Assembly (NCBI GenBank): GCA_951406725.2
Contig: OX597814.1
Span: 137,144,001 to 137,208,000, forward strand
Direction of reading: 5' to 3'
DNA length: 64,000 nucleotides
Source: Octopus vulgaris
Taxonomy: Eukaryota
Part shown: piece after piece, positions 28,294 through 42,856 of the stretch
Layout of the letters: every line of letters starts with the position of its first letter
Position numbering within the stretch: the stretch's first letter is position 1
The notes under the pieces: model-generated
Told to the model about the DNA's origin: nothing
The model's database searches: none
What the model saw: only the letters and a program-made list of their open reading frames with translations
Position numbers and translations under genes: made by a program

Positions 28294-28565
28294 CTAGTAC
28301 CCAAATTATACCTACGTGCTGAGAGAAACACATGCGTATTTACTTCTGTATCAATGATCGCACTTAATAAATGTCTGATGGGTTCTATTGAATTTGTCTG
28401 TTTAATATTACTATTCTTTGTTAAAATAAGTAACCAGCAGATACAAACACTAATAAACATGTACATATTCAATCTAGCCAAATATATGAGTGTCATGCAA
28501 TAATTACAGGTTTTTTGGGGTGTTTTTTCCTTCATATTAACCCCTATGTTACACATTTTACTTAC

Positions 28566-28643
28566 CATAAATTTGTTGTCTTCGTCTAAACGTAAAGCAT
28601 CGTGAACATTTTTCAGTACAGCATTTAATTCCGAGCGATCCAT
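28566..28643 (-). CDS. VPS9D1: VPS9 domain-containing protein 1-like, coding exon 1 (MDRSELNAVLKNVHDALRLDEDNKFM)
   Basis: ATG at 28643, 78 nt, phase-0 donor gtaagt. Joined to exon 2 it gives ALRLDEDNKFMEAYGKYVECM, which resembles the VPS9D1 MIT-like N-terminus as I recall it (AIELD...EAYTEYL). Lies in a CpG-retaining region. Confidence 0.85.
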
Positions 28644-29100
28644 CTTCAAGTTTAATATAGTTTGGTACAATTCAACACAAATTTCGTTGTTGAAGTTATT
28701 TTAAATAGAATCTCCGGCTTCCAGACTACACTTCACCACTCAATAATGTTACGACTGACAACAAACTACACTGATTTGTTTTTAATTCAAAGCGAGACTC
28801 CGAACGGAAGTCTCTCTCTCCCTGTTAATCTATCTATCTATCTATCTTGCCTTCTCTCTCCCTCTCTTCTGTCCAGGTATTAGAAAAACTGTCACGGTTT
28901 CCATTCCTATAAGCTACTCTCTAAAATAATTGGGACATGCGTAGATATTACCATTTCTATTGTTTCTAATCCTATAAATATAAAATAGGCAATCCTTCCG
29001 TATTGGTAGACGACATCATTCACCCACACAACCCTCTTTCGTGACAGATAGAGACGAATTAGAAAGATTGCACAATCCTTTCACACTATAGATAGTGTTG
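28644..29100 (-). promoter_or_regulatory. Probable VPS9D1 5'UTR and promoter region
   Basis: Immediately upstream of the ATG exon. CpG dinucleotides are visibly more frequent at about 27000-30300 than in the introns downstream. Confidence 0.45.
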
Positions 29101-30659
29101 AGTCCGATTTATGTTCAATGAGGGGTATAACAAATTTTTTTTTTCCAAATGGAACGGTAGTGTGTCGTAGACAATGTTACCAAACAAAAACTGTAATCTC
29201 TAGTTATGTATACTGCTGACTCAAGTAGAATTTAAAAGGTATATCCAGACGAGTGGGTAAATTTTGATCCTTTCACCCGCACGATTTTCACTAAGATAAA
29301 AAAAAAAAAAAAACTCGGATTTTTTGCGTGTAATCAAGTAAATCCCTTATTTTTGTTCGGAAAAAGGTGGGTGGGCAACCGGACCCCACCCCATATCCCG
29401 GAATCTTTGGATTTGTTTTTTCTTTCGTTAAATGAATTCCGATGACCTAATATGCAACAAAACCCCCACCCCTTTTGGGGGGTCCGGAAAACGGGGTGGG
29501 GTAGGTGGGGTGGAAGCCTCGGAAATTTCACCACACCCCCATTTTCAAATATTCTTTGCTGTTTCTTTCTTAACCCATAATTTTAGATACCGTTTTGCAG
29601 AAATACGTTTTCTATAGAGTGTGGAATACATTTGATTGAAAATTCAAAGAAGTTTGAAATGAATAAGTGAAAATGCAGAGGTTATAGAAGTTAGTGTGTG
29701 GAGAGATAATGAACGATAAATTCATCTAAAAAAAAACACGTTAGAATTTTTGCATGTATCTGTGAAACGAAGTAAAAGTATAATATTAAGGCATTCTTTC
29801 GCCAATATTAAAACAAAAATATCTTTTTCCTACATCTTAAAATCACTGGGTATAACAATCCCAGATTGCAAAATAAATTTTCAATTTTTGGCGCCGAAAT
29901 GAGTTTCGTTTTTGAGTGGAGAGAGAGGGAGGGATGAGTAAAAGAGAAAGTGGGTGATACAAGAGAAAAAGAAAGAGAATGGGTGACGAGGTTTACCCAA
30001 ACTTTGAATGATGATATATAATGATATATATAATTATGATATACTAGCTGGACCCATGAAAAATTCATGGAAATTATAAAAAAATGTAAGCATCCGTAAA
30101 TTGTCTGCTAGTGCCACGAGAAATGTTTCTATATTGTGACAGTTAAAGGCGGCGAGCTGATAGAATCATTAGCACGCGGGGCGAAATGCTTAGTAATATT
30201 TCGTCAATCTTTACATTCTGAGTTCAAATTCTGCCAAGGTCGACTTTGCCTTTCATCCTTTCAGGGTCAATAAATTAAGTACCTGTTGTGTACTGGAGTC
30301 AATCTAATTGATTGGCACTCTTTCCCAAAAAAATTTCAGGACTTGTGCCTATAGTAGAAAAGTATATGATGTGTCCTGACCAACAGAAGCGATGTTGTGC
30401 CATGCTTCAATGCTTGGCAGTTCAGCCCAGAGCAGAACCTCTTTATTGGTAATGTAGTGCAAAGTTTGTGCTGTCACATTGGTACAACATCCTTGTTCAC
30501 AACCATAGTGGAGTGTGGAAATGATGACAGCTCAGAATACCATGATTTTTGTTTGGGTAGTCAGATCATGAACACATCATACATATTCCTCAAATGTGCC
30601 TTGCCCATTTACTCCTATTTGTGGAGTTAACCTCACAAACTTTCTAAGTCTAATTGCAC

Positions 30660-31380
30660 ACAGAGTGAATGTGTGCTCTTCTTTGCTGTCATGTCTCATG
30701 AATGAACATTTTTGGGATCAAATAGTGACATGGTGATGAGAAATGGGTTCTCTATAAAAATGTCAAGCACTGAAGACAGTGGGTAGGGAAAGGAGAAACA
30801 CTGGCACCCTAAAGCTAAAGAAGGTCTTCATCCACTTAAGGTGTTGTTATCTGTTTGGTGGGATATGAAAGTTGTAGTCCACTTTGAACTTTTAAATCTA
30901 AACTAAATGATAACAAAGGAGATGTACTGCAAGCAGCCTGAGCAGCTTAAGTCAGCACTAGAAGATAAACAACCATCTTTGGTTTCAAGATGAAAGGTGT
31001 TCTTCCATCAGGATAATGCTCGGCCACATACAGCAAAGATGATATTCCAGAGGCTGGAGCAGTTTGAATGGGAAATGATGCCCTACCCACCATATTTGCT
31101 GGACATTGCCCCATCTGATTATCATTTATTACACAGTCTTCAAAATCATTTGGATGGAAAAAATATGAATTCTGTAGATGAGGTCAGAACAGTACTGGAG
31201 GAGTATTTTTCATCATGGTTAAGTGAATTTTAGAAAAGGGGCCTTGCAAGTCTACCAGATAGGTGGAAGAGCATTGTAGAAAGTGAAGGAGAGTATATTT
31301 TAAGTTAAAAAACCAACTCTATTTATCTAAATTTTGAAAAATAAAAAAGTGTTTAAAAAATGCATTATTTACAGGATGAC

Positions 31381-31386
<6 letters not shown>
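30660..31386 (+). mobile_element. Decayed mariner transposase, 3' part with right end; a second fragment at about 38445-38600
   Basis: Remnants IVT-GDEKWVLY, LSVWWD, FHQDNARPHTAK and PYLLDIAPSDYHL. Ends in a TA run. Confidence 0.88.
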
Positions 31387-31422
<36 letters not shown>

Positions 31423-31426
<4 letters not shown>

Positions 31427-32547
31427 GGTTGGACAAAATAATGGAAACACCTTAAAATTCCAAACAAATTTATTTTAACATGTGGTAGGACCTCCTTTGG
31501 CAGTAATTACAGGCTTGAATTCTACAAGGTATGGACTCATACAAAGTTTGAATTGTTTCCAAAGGAATTCTTTGTCCATTCTTCAGCTAAAATAGCCTCC
31601 AGTTCTTGTATTCATGATGGTGGAGGATATCAACTCCTTACTTGTTTTTCTAAAATGCACCATAAATGTTCAATAATATTGAGATCTGGGGACTGTGGTG
31701 GCAGATAAGATGTTCAACTTCACTAGAATGTTCCTCATGCCATTCCAGTAACAACTTTAGCTATGTGAATTGGTGCATTATCATCCTTAAAGATTGCATT
31801 TCCCTCCGGAAACAGTTCTGCAACCATAGGATGAATTTAATCAAATAAAATGCTTAAATAGTCAACACAGATCCTCCTCCATGTTTAGCAGTTGGAAGAA
31901 GGCAGAAGTATACTTGACCAATGGTTGGAAATAGAGTAAAGGATGACTTGTCCGAGAAAATAACATTCTTCCGCTGCTCTAGGGACCAATTCTGTAGGTT
32001 TTTACTCCACTCTAAACACTTTGCAACGTTTGTTTTTGAAAGTAGTGGTTTTCTGATTGCAGCCCTCCCATGAAATTCGGTTTTGTGCAGCTCCCAGCAA
32101 ACAGTTTTTGTGGAAACTAGGTTCTCGAAGTGGTCATTAAGCCCTGCAGTAATTTTGGGAGCTGTACTTTTGTGATCCTTTCTAACAATTCACATAAGAG
32201 TCCGACAGTCCCTATCTGAAAGTTTTGGTTTTCTTCCAGAGTTTTGTTTCGACAGGGAGGTTTTTCCCTCTTCTTCAAAGGCTGTCATTACTTTTGAGAC
32301 AGTACTTCTTGACACACCAAACATTTCAGCTGATTTTGTTATGCCAGCACCTGCCATACGAGCACCAACAATTTAACCTCTTTGAAAGTCCGATAGATCT
32401 TTCATTTTAATGAATTTTAATTATCTTTTTCTTATGATATCTGAAAAGAACAGTAATTTTAGCAAAGCATATTAAGCAACACTAATAATAAATCCAAAAA
32501 CATAAAAATAAACAAGCTTTTGATGGTTTTATAGATATTTCAGAATT
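31423..32547 (-). mobile_element. Decayed Tc1-like element
   Basis: Terminus TA-cagaggttggacaaaataatggaaacacc. Minus-strand remnants VIFSDKSSF and PPQSPDLNIIEHLW. Confidence 0.85.
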
Positions 32548-33197
32548 ATGATGTTTTGATGCTAGGTATGTGTGTGTGTGTGTGTGTGTGTATGCTGTAT
32601 GTGGTGGTACACACACACACACACATATATATAGAGAGAAAGTTTTTGAAGCGATGTACACATATTATATATTTAGAATAATAATGAAGTCAAAATGTTG
32701 GATGATTATATTATATTATATTATATATATTATTTACATTTTATTTACATTTTTAGCACTTTCTTATATTATCAGATTTATCAAAAAGTGTTTTAAAGTT
32801 AGATTTCTCGGCCTTTTAAAGTATAAAGAATTTTGTGAGGTTTGCCAAGCAAAGGAGAAGAAAAAATTTTTTGAGTAAGAAGGGGAGGTAAAGAGTCGTG
32901 ACTTTTGTATTGGTATGGTCAGACTTGTTAGTTTGTTACTTAGTGGCCTTTTAAGGTTGGGAAGGAAAAATAATTCTTGTATTTGAATTAGTCAAGGTTT
33001 TAATTAAAAAAAACAGATGTTACTTTCGAGTTTCTTCAGTAAAAATTATAATTGCATTTCCAGATGTTGTTCTTTTGTATTCATTAAAGAATAGTTGTAT
33101 AGATGTAATCAACTTTTATTTATTGAAATTCTAAATTTTTCGAAAGAGGGATTTTTGAGTTTACTATACACTCACACAGCAATTACACACACATATA

Positions 33198-34334
33198 CAG
33201 GGTGCATAAGATATTTGAGGATAGATTTATGTTTATAAAAAACAGATGATAACTTTATTTATCTAAAAATGCTATGAGAATAAAAATAAACCTTCTTTTC
33301 ATTAATGTTATTCAATACAGCCACCTTCAGCTTCAACAACTGCTTCTATATGAGATGTAAATCATCTACATGCTCGAATCAAGTGGTCCTGGTTCATTTT
33401 GGATATTTCTCTGACTATAGCAGCTTTCAAAGAATCTTTGATGTTAGGGGCATGTTCATGTAATAGTCCAATGGATTGAGATTTGGAGAATTAGAGGCCA
33501 AATGTTAGAGGTTATGAGATCATGAAAATTTTCAGCCATGCATTTCTGTGTTACTAGAGCCATGTGTGATAGTTCAGTCTTACTGAAACATATATGGCTT
33601 TCCATTGCATACACTGTCTGTCCAGGGCTTAGCAATTATTTCCAGGACCTCAATGCAGGTGGCAGAGCTATATCTAAGGCCTGAAGGAAAGAAGGAGGCA
33701 TCACATGTCCTTCATTGCTGACAACCCCTAAAACCATAACAGTTGCAGGAAATTTTGTATGCATAACACTTGGAACTTTAGAAGGGTCTGCACATAACCA
33801 TCTGTCATTTCTTCTGTTAACATTTTAATCTTGGTCAAAGTTTTTCTCTTTTGAGAAAAACCAAATCAAATCTACTGGATTTTTCAGTTTGTTTAAGATC
33901 CTTTTAGATCTGATGTAGGGATTTTCTTTCACTTTTTCTGACAAATTGACTTTTCCTCATCATATAAGACTTATATCTGATGTTTTTATGGACAACATTT
34001 CTGACTGTTCTTTCTGACATATGGAGATCTTTTGCAATTGATCTCATGGACTTTCTGGGATTCTAATAAATGGTCTGTTGAACTTGCTGGATAAAATCAG
34101 GTGTTCTGATGATTTCAGAGCATTTAGAATGCTTTTTATGCTTTGATACTGATGATATATTTCCAACTTCAGTCTCTAGCTACTATGCTCATCCTTTATA
34201 ACCACAATGCCTCTTCATTTCATAAGTAAGCTGAGGGTCTGCCATTATTATTTTCTGAAACAAAAATTATATAGAGTTAGCAAAAATGCAGCAATGACCA
34301 AAAAATTATGTCCTCAAATACCTTACACACCCTG
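33198..34334 (-). mobile_element. Decayed Tc1/mariner element, probably maT/DD37D-like, with both TIRs
   Basis: TA-cagggtgcataagatatttgagga...tcctcaaataccttacacaccctg-TA. Minus-strand remnant WP-NSPNLNPLDYY. Confidence 0.82.
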
Positions 34335-34357
34335 TATATGTGTGTGTGTGTGTGTGT

Positions 34358-34409
<52 letters not shown>

Positions 34410-34413
<4 letters not shown>

Positions 34414-36850
34414 TGACACCCACTCCAAATCTCATAGAACTAGAAACTGATATTGAGAACTTCAACTGTCACTTCTGTCTTATAGAATTCTTTGACAACA
34501 ATAAAGTAGAAGACAAATCAATTGTAAGAAAAAAATCTCATTTCCATCCCTTACAAGGGGAGCGATAAACACCTAGATACATATGTAGAAACAATCTCAA
34601 ATTTCCCTCTCAGTACCCATAAATGCAAACAGAACCTTCATGAAGGAGAAAAGGAAACTTAACAAAGACTAAAAAACAACAATTCAATTATCCTAAAGGA
34701 ATCTGACAAGGGTGGAGTGATAGTAATCATGGATACAAACTACTACAAAGAAAAACATACTAGATATTTTAACAGATCAAACATACTATAAGAAAGAATC
34801 AAGACACCTGGAAAAAAACAATACTGAATAAAATAAGAACATTAATTAACAAATACCAGGACTCCTTCACAGATAAAGAAAAGGACTGCTTATACAACTC
34901 CATAATCAAAGAGAGCAATTTCTACGGTTTCCCCCAAATCCACAAAAGTTCTGAGATACAGAGAGCCATAAATAAACACAGGAGTCAATACGTAAAAATA
35001 CAAAGACCCACAGACCTCAAAATGAGACTGATAGTAGCTGGGCCCCAAGCCCCAACACAACAACTGAATTGCCGCTTGGACATACTCCTCAAACCCTTAT
35101 GCCCATTAACACCCAGCTATATACGGGATGACATAGACTTTCTCAAACATATCCCAACTACTGTCCTGGAAAGTTTTGACATCACTAATCTCTATACAAA
35201 CATACTGCATACTTTAGACCTGGAAGCAGTCAAACACTAGGTAGAGAAACACAAAAGATGTATTGATGAATGTTTCAAAACAGACTTCATAACCAAAGCC
35301 ACTTGTCTAGTACTAGAAGAAAACACCTTCAGATTTGATAAGATATGTCAACAGTTAAAAGGGCACAGCTATGGGTACAAAATTTTCACCCTCATATGCC
35401 AACCTAGTCATGGGTTACCTAGAAGGTAGACTTACAAGGAAGTAGGAAAAACCTTTGATCACAGTTTCAAGGAAAACATGAAAAGTGGAAATGCTGCCTC
35501 AATGAGTGCTTCATTTTTTGGGATAGACCAAAAGAAGTCCTACAAGCATTTCACAACACCCTGCACCCATCTATCAAATTCACAACAGAAACCAGCTACA
35601 ATGAACTACCATTCCTAGTCATTCACATCAAAATATACAACTCCACTGTCACAACAGATATATTTTACAAAAAGACAGACATGCGCAGGAGTGACTGTGG
35701 TAAGTAGCTTGTTTACCAACCACATGGTTCTGGGTTCAGTCCCACTGCGTGGTAACTTGGGCAAGTGTCTTCTATTATAGCCTCAGGCCGACCAAAGCCT
35801 TTGGTAGATGGAAACTGAAAGAAGCCCTAACTGATGCTGGTGTGTTTACGTCCCCCATAACTTAGCAGTTCAGCAAAAGAGACCAATAGAATAAGTACTA
35901 GGCTTACAAAGAATAAGTCTTGGGGTTGATTTGTTTCATCAAAAGGCAGTGCTCTAGCATGGCCGCAGTCAAATGACTGAAACAAGTAAAAGAGTAAGGA
36001 GTACACCAAATATTTAAATTTCTACTCTTGCCACTCTTCACATATCAAAAGGAACATCCCATACAGTATGACAACATGCATCTGCATCATAGTAACTGAC
36101 CCACAAATACCCCAAATTAGACTTGATTAACTCAAAAACTTCTTACAAGAACAAAATTACCCTGTGAAACTTATAAATAATGGAATCTCAAAAGCAATGA
36201 AATTAGATGTCACACAACTTAGGATTCCAAAAGAAAAAAGCAAGGAGTATGCTGTTCTATTTATTAACACATGCAACCCTGGAATAACCAATATTTTCCA
36301 CGTATTACAATTAAACCCACCAATACTCTTACAGAGTCCCAAAAATGAGGAAACTGATAGACAAAAGCTATCTGTGAAATACTGAAGGCCAGAAAAAAAC
36401 CTTAAAAAGCAACTTACAAAAGCAAAATTCACATCAGCGAATGAAACAGAATTCTCCATACAGGAATGTGGAGACAGAAGTGGAATATGCAACAACAACA
36501 ACTACAAATATACAGACGGGGACATCCACATAAAATTTAAGAGTGAATTCTTATTCAAAGTAAATACAAATATGAACTGCAAGATGCAAAACCTCATATA
36601 CTGCATTACTTGCCCTAAATGCAAGGAGAATCATATTGGCGAAACCAATAATTCCCTTTGCCAACACACAAGAATCCATAGACTGCACATCTGACAAAAG
36701 GAGCTACAGAAAATCCCACTGAGCAAGCATTTGGAAATATGTGGAGAAGGAAGATTCAAAGTCTTTCCCTTCTACAAATGCTCAAGGAAGAACCCAAACT
36801 TCTGAAAAACAATTTAGCTACACTTCATAAAGAAATTCACACCAAAAGGA
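34410..36850 (+). mobile_element. Decayed Penelope-like retroelement (RT plus GIY-YIG endonuclease), interrupted by a SINE at about 35683-35995
   Basis: Frameshifted motifs in the expected order: KESDKGGVIVIMD, FYGFPQIHK, MRLIVAG, SFDITNLYTNI, GTAMGTKFSPSYANLVMGYLE, IKFTTE, TDIFYKKTD, HIKRNIPY and NLIYCITCPKCKENHIGET. Confidence 0.9.
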
Positions 36851-37909
36851 AACATTTGGAAATGTATGAAGGAAAATTCAAAGTTCTGAAAGATAACAGA
36901 ACTATACTTCACAAAAAAATTAACATAACTATATATTTTTTTGAAATTCCACCTATGAGAATTCTATATGAATTTGATTGTATATATGTTAGAGATGATC
37001 TCAAACCATTGCTAAAACCTTTTTGCCACATTATTGTTGGACCTTCCAAAACACTCCAGATTCCAAAATTCTATAAGAACAGCTGCTTTCCCTCTTCTGT
37101 ACTTGGCTCTTATTCTCCTTTAGAAAATTCTAAGTTGGAACTTCGAATTATATTCAAAACAAAACAGCCAACCAGAAATAGATGAATTTGGAAATATAAT
37201 TGTGACAGTATTGTGTATTGCTTTTTTTAAAAATTCCATTTTGCAGTCTGAAGGACAAATCTTTGAACAAAAATCAAGAGTAGTGGCTAAAATGACCAAA
37301 ACTTGACAAATTTATTTTTACCACAGAGATGAATCTTTAATTATATTATTTTTTTTTTTTAGTCATAAGGTGTACTTATATATGTATAGTGTGTGCACAA
37401 ATATGAACATGTACATGAGTGTGAGTGGCATTCACCCAAGCCTGATCTTTGCTTCTTGGTCTGGCCGTTGTCCGTGCAACACTGATATTCCTCCTTGTGC
37501 CTGTCAAATCTTGTATTCCTGTCGTAAGGCTTCATTTCCACACATGCCAGCTTAATTTAATTCGTCCTTAGTCGAAAGACACCTGTTGTTATGTCCTGTT
37601 ATTATATTTATTGTATTTGTGTAACATTGTCCGTTTTTTTTTCCGTCCTTGTTTTTTTATACATTCGCTGCTTTCTTCCAAGGAATCTAATGCTCTTAGC
37701 TTAGTTTTCCTTGGGGCTGGCCAGACTGGAGCAATCTCAAGTATAATCAACCAAAATTGCAAAGATAATCTGATACTTGACTGAGGAAAGAAAATGACCT
37801 GTCCTTGTTTTCTTCGTATCGTTTATCAGGATGTTTTATTTTCTTTTTTCTGTATCACCTAACTGTCAGGATGTTTTGTGTTCTTGTCCCATTTTATATT
37901 TTTTATATA

Positions 37910-37941
<32 letters not shown>

Positions 37942-38032
37942 GTTAATCCAAACATGAAAGCACAAAAAAAACACAACAATGCAAGGATGTAGAACAATTA
38001 TAGTATTATTGGACGCTCAGGAAAGAAGGAGG

Positions 38033-38068
38033 ATTTAACGTTTTGAGCGGAGCTCTTCGTCAGAAACA
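38033..38068 (-). ncRNA. Minimal hammerhead ribozyme relic, Penelope-terminus type, G12A
   Basis: Minus strand reads UUU-CUGACGA-A-GAGC-UCC-GCUC-AAAA-CGU-UA. The canonical GAAA is AAAA here. Confidence 0.6.
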
Positions 38069-38121
38069 TAGAAGGGAAGACAGAGGCAAAAAAATGACCA
38101 ACGGTACACACGCAGTCATAC

Positions 38122-38154
<33 letters not shown>

Positions 38155-41100
38155 TGTATATGTATGTGAGTTTGTATGTGTTATATATATATATATAATT
38201 GCTGAGTGAGTGTATAGTGAACTCAAAAATCACTCTTTTGAAAACATCTTGAATTTGAACCAAAAAACATTTACTACATCCATATAACTATTCTTTAATA
38301 AATACAAAAGTCCTGGCTCCCAGTCATGGTCATCATAAAGCATCAAATTAACGACAAAACCGAAGACAATCTGATGCTACTATACCAAGAAGATTGCCTC
38401 AGTACAACAGATGGATTGTTGAGAGAGGTTAAAAAAGCCAAGGCACAGTACTGGAGGAGTACTTTTTTGTCATGGACAAGTGAATTTTGCAAGTCTACCA
38501 GATAGATGGAAGAGCATTGTAGAAAATGAAGGAGAGTATATTTTATATTAAAAAAGAACTTTGTTTATCTTAATTCTGAAAGATAAAATAAGTATAAAAA
38601 CTCCACATAGAAGTATAAAAATACTTTGGAGAGAAGACACAAAAAGTATGCAAAAATATATGCATGAAAGATCCTGGAAGGTCTAGCACCCTTGAGATTG
38701 AAAGCTATACCAATCATGGACTGGATATTATTGCATAGTACCAAAGATCTCTCCGTCTTCGTCCGTAGCAAGAACCCAATGGTTTAACAGTTTAGGGTTC
38801 AAAGGCCCACAGCTATTCAATACATAGCCCAAAAGCCTCAGAGATCTACAAAGATTTAAAAACATTCCCAAAGACACAAAGTTGAATAAAGATTATTCAC
38901 CTCTAAGAGGCTATGCTTGCATACTTTTGCTGAAAGTCTTGGTGTTTGTGGCCATGGTTCGACTGGCACTCCATCAGTTATGACGATGAGGGTTCCAATT
39001 GATTTGATCAACAGAACAGCCTGCTCGTGAAATTAATGTGCAAGTGACTGAGCACTCCACAGACACATGTATCCTTAATGTAGTTCTCAGGGAGATTCAG
39101 TGTGACGAGGCTTGTTTTTTGAAATACGGGTACCACTCAATTTTTCCAGCTGAGTGGACTGAAGTAACATGTCTTGCTGAAGGATACAAGGAATTGAACT
39201 CATGACCTAACAATTGTGAGCCAAATACCCTAACCACTAAGCCATGTACCTTCATGGCCATGGTTTACAAAAGAAAAAAAATACAAAAACTAATATAGCG
39301 GCCCCTTTCAAAGTAATTATATATTAAAAGTTTTCAGCTACATACGAAATTAAAATGAATGACTCTTCATCTAAACCAACCATATACAGCCCAAATATTT
39401 TAACTATTCCATATTCAAACCTGCCAGATCTAGCCTCGCACACCTACCCTACAATGTCATTCTAAAAATAAATGATAACATTGAAATTTCGAAGCTACAA
39501 GATAATGCATGTTTAATTCAAAACAAAGTGAATAAATAAACATTACATTTGACAGAGTAATCTGAATGCTAAAAGGTTAAAGTTAAATATTAACTTCTTA
39601 GATCAATGTAGACAGATGCGAGACAGCTAACTGAATCGACCACAGTATATTACTAGTACTTTGTTAATACAGAACAGCCTGCTCGTGAAATTAATGTGCA
39701 AGTGTCTGAGCACTCCACAGATACGTGTATCTTTGACAGTTCTCAGGGAGATTCAGTGTGACAGGGCTTGCCCTTTGAAATACAAGTACCACTCAACTTT
39801 GCCAGTTGAGTGAACTGGAGCAACATATCTTGCTGAAGGACACAATGCATGGCTGGGAATTGAACTCATAGCCTAACAATTGTGAGCCCTGACTTAATTA
39901 CATATGACATTTAGCCCAATGTTGCACTACTTGTCAACTCACTGCTCCTTACCAACGAGGGAATTTATAGTCACTTAACCTACTAGTAGCAGCTGATAAA
40001 TGTCCTTCAAACCACACCCTATATTCTTAGGAGGTGGAGAAATACAGTGGGTTATGTGATCCTAGATTTTCGAAAAGACAGGATGGTCACATCAAGAACA
40101 TTTTGTAGATCCTCTCAATCAATCCATACCTGGGGCTAAATAACAACACACTGCCCTTCTCTGAAAATAAATCTTACTACTCATTATAATACTATAAGTA
40201 AAATATTTTTTCGCAAATTTAGACATTTTATTAGTTGTTTGTGCATCACGGTTTATATCTTTCTTGTAAATCTAGGATTACACTGTGGAATGTCTTTCCT
40301 TTGTTTAAAGATGACGGTGTGATCAGAAGATCTGGCTGCTATTTCTAGCAGTTGTGTGATGATATAGAACACTTGCTGGTTCGAAACAAAATGTTGATCC
40401 TTAATAAAGATATAAAAAGTAGACTGGTCCTGTTAAGAACACTTTTTTCTTTTTTTTACGTAAGCACAACGACTCAAATTTATGGCTGTATGACATTCCA
40501 AACTTTCTTAAGGGTATAAAGCAACATGCGCTCGAGAACTCTGCACCGCAGACTCATCTCAACAGATATTACCATAACACTTAAAGGACATCCATCACTC
40601 CATAGTAAACATTATCAAGTTTAATTAACAAGGAAAAAGTATCTCAAGTACTTGATTAGAAAGGTAAACACTGAGATTATTCATAGAATCAGTAAGTTTT
40701 ATTTATTCTGAAATATTTGCCATTTCCTAGTTCATGAGTAAGAGGAAGGAAAATAAAGAGTTCGTTCACCAATAAGTCTGACATTAAAGTTTACGTTTAA
40801 AGCTGCCATTCGCATCATGAAGAGCACAGAAAAGTCAACATGCTTGTATTTTGTACAGATTTCTTTTGTTTTTGAAACAACATAAATAATTATACAATAT
40901 TTTTTTCTTCCATAAACAAAAAAAAAAATTCAATTAATTCATAAGTTCAATTTTTCCTATAGCCTACACTTATTTTTGATATTCATTTATATAAACATTT
41001 ATCGGTAGAATGGTGAAAAGCCTAAAAAGTGTCCATTTTCGAAGATAAATTAATCAGAATTAAAAATAGACTTATTTATCATCAAGACTTTTTTTCCCCA

Positions 41101-41524
41101 GGAAACAAACTGCTGGTAATTATAAACAGTAATGGCAAGAGTAGTCCTAATAGAAGCGACTTTCAGGCAAAGCGTTATTTACATAAACAGTTTTAGAGAG
41201 TCATACATAAATAGAAGCATGTTGAGAGTCATTTAAAGTACTAAGTAATAAACAGCAGAAACTTTGTTCCGAGTAAGATTTTTATATAAAGGAACCATTG
41301 TTTTTAGAACAGACATTGGCAGTGAGTGAGAAGGAGAAACAAAACAAAAACATTTCCTTTCAAACAGTTTGTTTTCCATACGAAGAACTTAACGTCTATC
41401 AATCAATCACACACTATATTACATAATCCAAACATTAAATACAGTTACATCATTTCCAGGCATAAAGTCAAATATTAGCAAGAAAAATCAGATTTGTCTG
41501 CATGTTTATGAACGTATTAGTAGC

Positions 41525-42511
41525 ATATATAAATATATACATACACAAATACATACATATATATATACATACATAAATATATACATATATATATACATAC
41601 ATAAATATATACATATATATATACATACATATATATATACATATATATATACATATATATATACATATATATACATACATATATATATACATATATATAC
41701 ATACATATATATATACATATATATACATACATATATATATACATATATATACATATATATATATATACATATATATACATACATACATATATACATATAT
41801 ATACATACATATATATATACATATATATACATACATATATATATATACATATATATACATACATACATATATATACATATATACATACATACATATATAC
41901 ATACATATATATATACATACATAAATATATATACATACATAAATATATATACATACATAAATATATACATATATATACATACATAAATATATAAATACAT
42001 ACATACATAAATATATACATAAATACATACATGCATAAATACATACACATAAATATATACATACATATCTATATACATATATGTATATACATATATGTAT
42101 ATACATACATATATATATACACACATATATATACACATACATAAATATATATACACACATATATATACACATACATAAATATATATACAGACATATATAT
42201 ATATACACACACATATATACATACATACACATAAAAATATACATATATATACATACATATATATACATATATATATACATACATATATATACATATATAT
42301 ACATACATATATATACATATATATATACATACATATATACATACATATATATATACATACATATATACATACATATATATATATACATACATATATATAT
42401 ACATACATACATAAAAATATACATATATATACATACATATATACATACATATATATATACATACATATATATATACATACACATAAAAATATGCATATAT
42501 ATACATACATA

Positions 42512-42543
<32 letters not shown>

Positions 42544-42613
42544 CATACATAAATATATACACATACATAAATATATACACACACACACATATACATACAT
42601 ACACATAAAAATA

Positions 42614-42657
<44 letters not shown>

Positions 42658-42856
42658 CATATATATATACATACATATATATATACATATATATATACAT
42701 ACATATATACATACATACATATATATATACATACATATATATATACATACATATATATATACATACATATATATATACATACATATATATATACATACAT
42801 ATATACATACATACACATAAATATATATGCATATATATATATATATATATATATAT
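41525..42856. repeat. ~1.3-kb compound (TA)/(TACA)/(CA) microsatellite
   Basis: Direct reading. It generates the spurious Y/I/M/C-rich ORFs. Confidence 0.97.

Noticed and set aside
36739-37185. 148-aa ORF
   Set aside because: It begins in the decayed Penelope tail in a shifted frame, and I recognise no domain.
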